Below, one piece after another: positions 61,336 through 64,000 of a DNA stretch of 64,000 nucleotides. Position 1 is the stretch's first letter. Each line of letters starts with the position of its first letter. Both the position numbers and the translations under genes were made by a program. The notes below the pieces were generated by a model. It did not search any database. It had not been told where the DNA came from and was given only the letters and a program-made list of their open reading frames with translations. Origin of the DNA: Mollicutes bacterium (GTDB lineage Bacteria > Bacillota_I > Bacilli_A > Izemoplasmatales > Izemoplasmataceae); NCBI GenBank assembly GCA_003554735.1, contig PWHE01000103.1, positions 3,262 to 67,261 of the forward strand, in the 5' to 3' direction.

Positions 61336-62340
61336 ATGATGCACGTGATTACATTCAATAACGTATATAAGACGTTTCAGGAAAAACATAGGACCATCGA
61401 AGCGGTAAGGGATGTATCCCTTAACGTGAAGAAAGATACCATACATGGCATCATCGGGCATTCCGGAGCCGGGAAAAGCACGCTGGTCAGATTGATCAAC
61501 CAACTTGAAAAGCACGATCAGGGAACGCTCGAAGTCTTTGACTATACCGACATACGACGACTCAACAAGGAGTCGATGCGAATGCTCAGGAAGCGGATTG
61601 GCATGGTGTTTCAGCATTTCAATCTGCTGCAAAGCAAAACCGTCTATGAAAATGTTCTCTTTCCAATCAGCGCCACCGGAAAAGTCACCGAATCGGACAG
61701 ACAAAGAGCCGAACAACTGATTGAAGATGTCGGTCTCAAAGGCAACGAAAACACCTACCCGACGAAACTCTCGGGCGGCATGAAACAACGCGTCGGCATC
61801 GCGAGAGCCCTGATCAACGACCCCGCCATCCTACTTTGCGACGAACCGACCAGCGCGCTCGATGTGGATACGACCAAACACATCCTCGACCTGATTCGGA
61901 AGATCAAGGAAAACAGAGGCTTGACCGTGGTGCTAGTCACTCACGACATGCACGTCATCAAAGAAGTATGCGACGCGGTAAGTGTGATGCATGACGGCAT
62001 CGTTGTGGATGACGGCACTCTCGATGACATCCTCTTTGCGGCCACGCATCCGATTACCAAGCGCCTTACGGAGTCGATCGGCTTCAACATGGAACGAATC
62101 GCCTCCGATTACAGCGAACTGCCCAACCTGACGCTCCTGAGATTCCAAGGGGAAGTGACCAGCCAAAAGATTCTGAGCACCATCATCAAAAAGACCGGCG
62201 CTTCGATCAATATCCTATTCGCAAACATCACCCCTTCGAAAGAGGGACTCATGCTCATCAGCATTGAATCCAGCGATCCCGAAGCGATCAAGGCCCATCT
62301 TAGAGCCAAAGGAGTTGAAATCCTCAATGATCGGTATTGA
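61336..62340 (+). CDS. metN: methionine ABC transporter ATP-binding protein (with NIL domain)
   Basis: Walker A GHSGAGKST, signature LSGGMKQRVGIARAL, Walker B ILLCDEPTSALD. The start is ATG 61336/61339 or GTG 61345. The ORF-track start at 61276 lies inside the riboswitch terminator. Confidence 0.92.
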   Translation: MMHVITFNNVYKTFQEKHRTIEAVRDVSLNVKKDTIHGIIGHSGAGKSTLVRLINQLEKHDQGTLEVFDYTDIRRLNKESMRMLRKRIGMVFQHFNLLQSKTVYENVLFPISATGKVTESDRQRAEQLIEDVGLKGNENTYPTKLSGGMKQRVGIARALINDPAILLCDEPTSALDVDTTKHILDLIRKIKENRGLTVVLVTHDMHVIKEVCDAVSVMHDGIVVDDGTLDDILFAATHPITKRLTESIGFNMERIASDYSELPNLTLLRFQGEVTSQKILSTIIKKTGASINILFANITPSKEGLMLISIESSDPEAIKAHLRAKGVEILNDRY

Positions 62341-62977
62341 CGAATACATCCAGGCTTTCAATGAAACCCTCTACATGACATTCGCATCCACCGTTTTTGT
62401 CGGTCTGTTCGGTCTTGCGCTCGGCGTGATGCTGTTTGTGTACGCCAAAGGCGGACTCCGGCCGAACAAACGCATATATTCCGTGCTTTCCGTCCTCACA
62501 AGCATCGGGCGAAGCATCCCGTTTCTGATCCTCATTGTACTGCTCATTCCTGTAACACGCATCATCGTCGGGACCATCCTCGGACCCTCGGCGGCAGTTC
62601 CGGCACTTGTGGTCGGCGGCATCCCGTTTTATGCGCGACTCGTGGAACTGGCACTTTTCGAGAAAGGTCATGACCTCAAGGAGACCGGCCGTGCCTTCGG
62701 GCTGACCGACACACGCATCATCATCAAGATTCTCATTCCCGAAAGCCTGCCCTCACTGGTAAGGGGGTTGACGGTCACCGCCATCGCGCTGGCCGGATTC
62801 ACCTCCATCGCAGGAGCCATCGGTGCGGGCGGCCTGGGCGATTTGGCGTACCTTTACGGTTATTCACGTAACCGCCCGCAAGTGACCTGGGTGGCCACGG
62901 TCCTCATTGTCGCCTTGATTCTGGCCATTCAGCTAACCGGGGACCTTACGGTCAAAAAACTTAAAAAAACCCAATAA
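62327..62977 (+). CDS. metI: methionine ABC transporter permease
   Basis: Five TM segments with an EAA-like loop (ELALFEKGHDLKETGRAFGL). ATG 62327 overlaps the metN end. Confidence 0.9.
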   Translation: MIGIDEYIQAFNETLYMTFASTVFVGLFGLALGVMLFVYAKGGLRPNKRIYSVLSVLTSIGRSIPFLILIVLLIPVTRIIVGTILGPSAAVPALVVGGIPFYARLVELALFEKGHDLKETGRAFGLTDTRIIIKILIPESLPSLVRGLTVTAIALAGFTSIAGAIGAGGLGDLAYLYGYSRNRPQVTWVATVLIVALILAIQLTGDLTVKKLKKTQ

Positions 62978-62996
62978 TAAAAAGGAGATCACACCC

Positions 62997-63806
62997 ATGA
63001 AAAAAATCATTCTTGCCACATTGCTATTCCTATTTCCCGCAGTCCTCTCAGCCTGCGGTTCACAAGATACCTACCGAGTCGGAGCCTCTCCTGTCCCGCA
63101 TGCGGACATTCTCCGCGAGGCCCAGGAACTCATCGACGAGGAGTTTCAGTTTGAAATCGTCGAGTTTTCCGATTACGTATTGCCAAACACAGCGCTGCAT
63201 GAAGGCGATATCGTTGCGAATTTCTTCCAGCATATACCTTATTTGGAACTGCAAATCGATGAACACGGATACGACTTTGAAAGCGTCGGAGGCGTTCATA
63301 TCGAACCTATCGGGCTTTACAGCAAAGTCCACGACTCTTTGGAAACCTTGCCCGAATCATTGGAAATCATCATCTCCAACTCACCATCCGACCGTCCAAG
63401 ACTGCTTGGCGTTCTTGAGGATGCAAACCTGATTGAAATCAAAGAAGAGACCACCGATGCCGATATAACGAACGCAAGCCTCAATGGCCTGAACGACCTG
63501 TTTGAAAGCGACAAGGACATCACCTTCAAAGAAGTGTCCCCGCAACAACTTTTCTCGAATTATGACAACGAAAGCGGTGATTTGGTGTTGATTAACGGAA
63601 ATTTCGCACTTGATCACGGTTTGGAACCCCTTAATGACGCTCTTGCGCTTGAAAGTACCGATTCACCCTATGTCAATGTGCTTGTCGTGCGCAGCGAGGA
63701 TGTCGACGACCCATTCATCCAGGCGCTTTATGAAATTCTTTCATCTGAAGAAATCGCCGACTGGATAGAAGAGGAGTACAAGGGCTCGGTGATATTGGCC
63801 AACTGA
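62997..63806 (+). CDS. metQ: MetQ/NlpA family methionine-binding lipoprotein
   Basis: Lipobox VLSAC. GASPVPHADIL and NFFQHIPYL patterns. Confidence 0.9.
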   Translation: MKKIILATLLFLFPAVLSACGSQDTYRVGASPVPHADILREAQELIDEEFQFEIVEFSDYVLPNTALHEGDIVANFFQHIPYLELQIDEHGYDFESVGGVHIEPIGLYSKVHDSLETLPESLEIIISNSPSDRPRLLGVLEDANLIEIKEETTDADITNASLNGLNDLFESDKDITFKEVSPQQLFSNYDNESGDLVLINGNFALDHGLEPLNDALALESTDSPYVNVLVVRSEDVDDPFIQALYEILSSEEIADWIEEEYKGSVILAN

Positions 63807-63820
63807 GACATGCATCATAA

Positions 63821-63856
63821 AAGATGAAGGACAAAAGTCTTTCATCTTTTATTTTT
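63821..63856 (+). terminator. intrinsic terminator after metQ
   Basis: 12-bp stem AAGATGAAGGAC / GTCTTTCATCTT (one G-U pair), loop AAAA, then a T-rich tract. Confidence 0.8.
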
Positions 63857-63890
63857 GTTTGATAAAATACAGAATAAGGGGGAAACGGTT

Positions 63891-64000
63891 ATGGGAAAGG
63901 GAACATTCATATTGTTGTACGCCGTTATCATAATGTCCATGGCGGCACTGTTTTCAAACGCAATCATTCTTGTTTTGGATCACATTGATTATGGATATCA
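63891..64000 (+). CDS. start of a membrane protein gene (3' end beyond window)
   Basis: ATG 63891 follows AAGGGGGAAA. The translation MGKGTFILLYAVIIMSMAALFSNAIILVLDHIDYGY is hydrophobic and stays open to the window end. Confidence 0.4.
   Translation, partial: MGKGTFILLYAVIIMSMAALFSNAIILVLDHIDYGY

Noticed and set aside
1-64000. CRISPR arrays, IS elements or transposases, tRNA or rRNA genes, and long DNA-level repeats.
   Set aside because: None were seen on reading both strands. The only repeats are protein-level module repeats (43054-44835, 21458-22504, 41072-42256), the paralogous L-box leaders and short operator-type repeats.

Overview
This is chromosomal DNA from a Bacillota-type (low-GC Gram-positive style) bacterium with moderate GC. 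About 75 genes are densely packed. I saw no rRNA, tRNA, CRISPR array, transposase, integrase or phage genes. The taxonomic call rests on four leader RNAs (two L-box lysine riboswitches, one Trp T-box, one S-box), AGGAGG-type ribosome-binding sites, many lipobox lipoproteins, the acetyl (DapH) branch of lysine synthesis and the mevalonate pathway.

Recognisable blocks:
- DEAD-box helicase
- FMN-binding/flavodoxin/TetR operon
- OmpR/HisKA two-component system next to a lipoprotein-MBOAT-DHHW O-acylation operon
- eight-gene lysA-lysC-dapF-asd-dapA-dapB-dapH-aminotransferase operon, plus a separately L-box-controlled N-acetyl-DAP deacetylase
- ispA and a PLD-family enzyme
- orphan T-box-controlled trpB followed by decayed coding remnants
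- lower mevalonate operon (mvk-mvaD-pmk-fni), preceded in the same operon by a TctA-type permease and a mini membrane protein
- metNIQ

Most noteworthy observations:
- the TctA-like transporter is welded to the mevalonate genes
- an identical phased direct repeat (ACTTAAC-N4-ACTTAAC) flanks the two-component system, and one copy is nested in a terminator hairpin
- a PASTA plus tandem barnase-like lipoprotein has degenerate catalytic residues and no barstar
- a five-module CBM25/26-like acidic lipoprotein has no catalytic domain
- a roughly 200-nt unexplained leader, or small Cys-rich ORF, lies upstream of a duplicated-domain secreted protein
- two genes have a best-supported start codon of ATC

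All family assignments come from reading motifs by eye. No database search was run.
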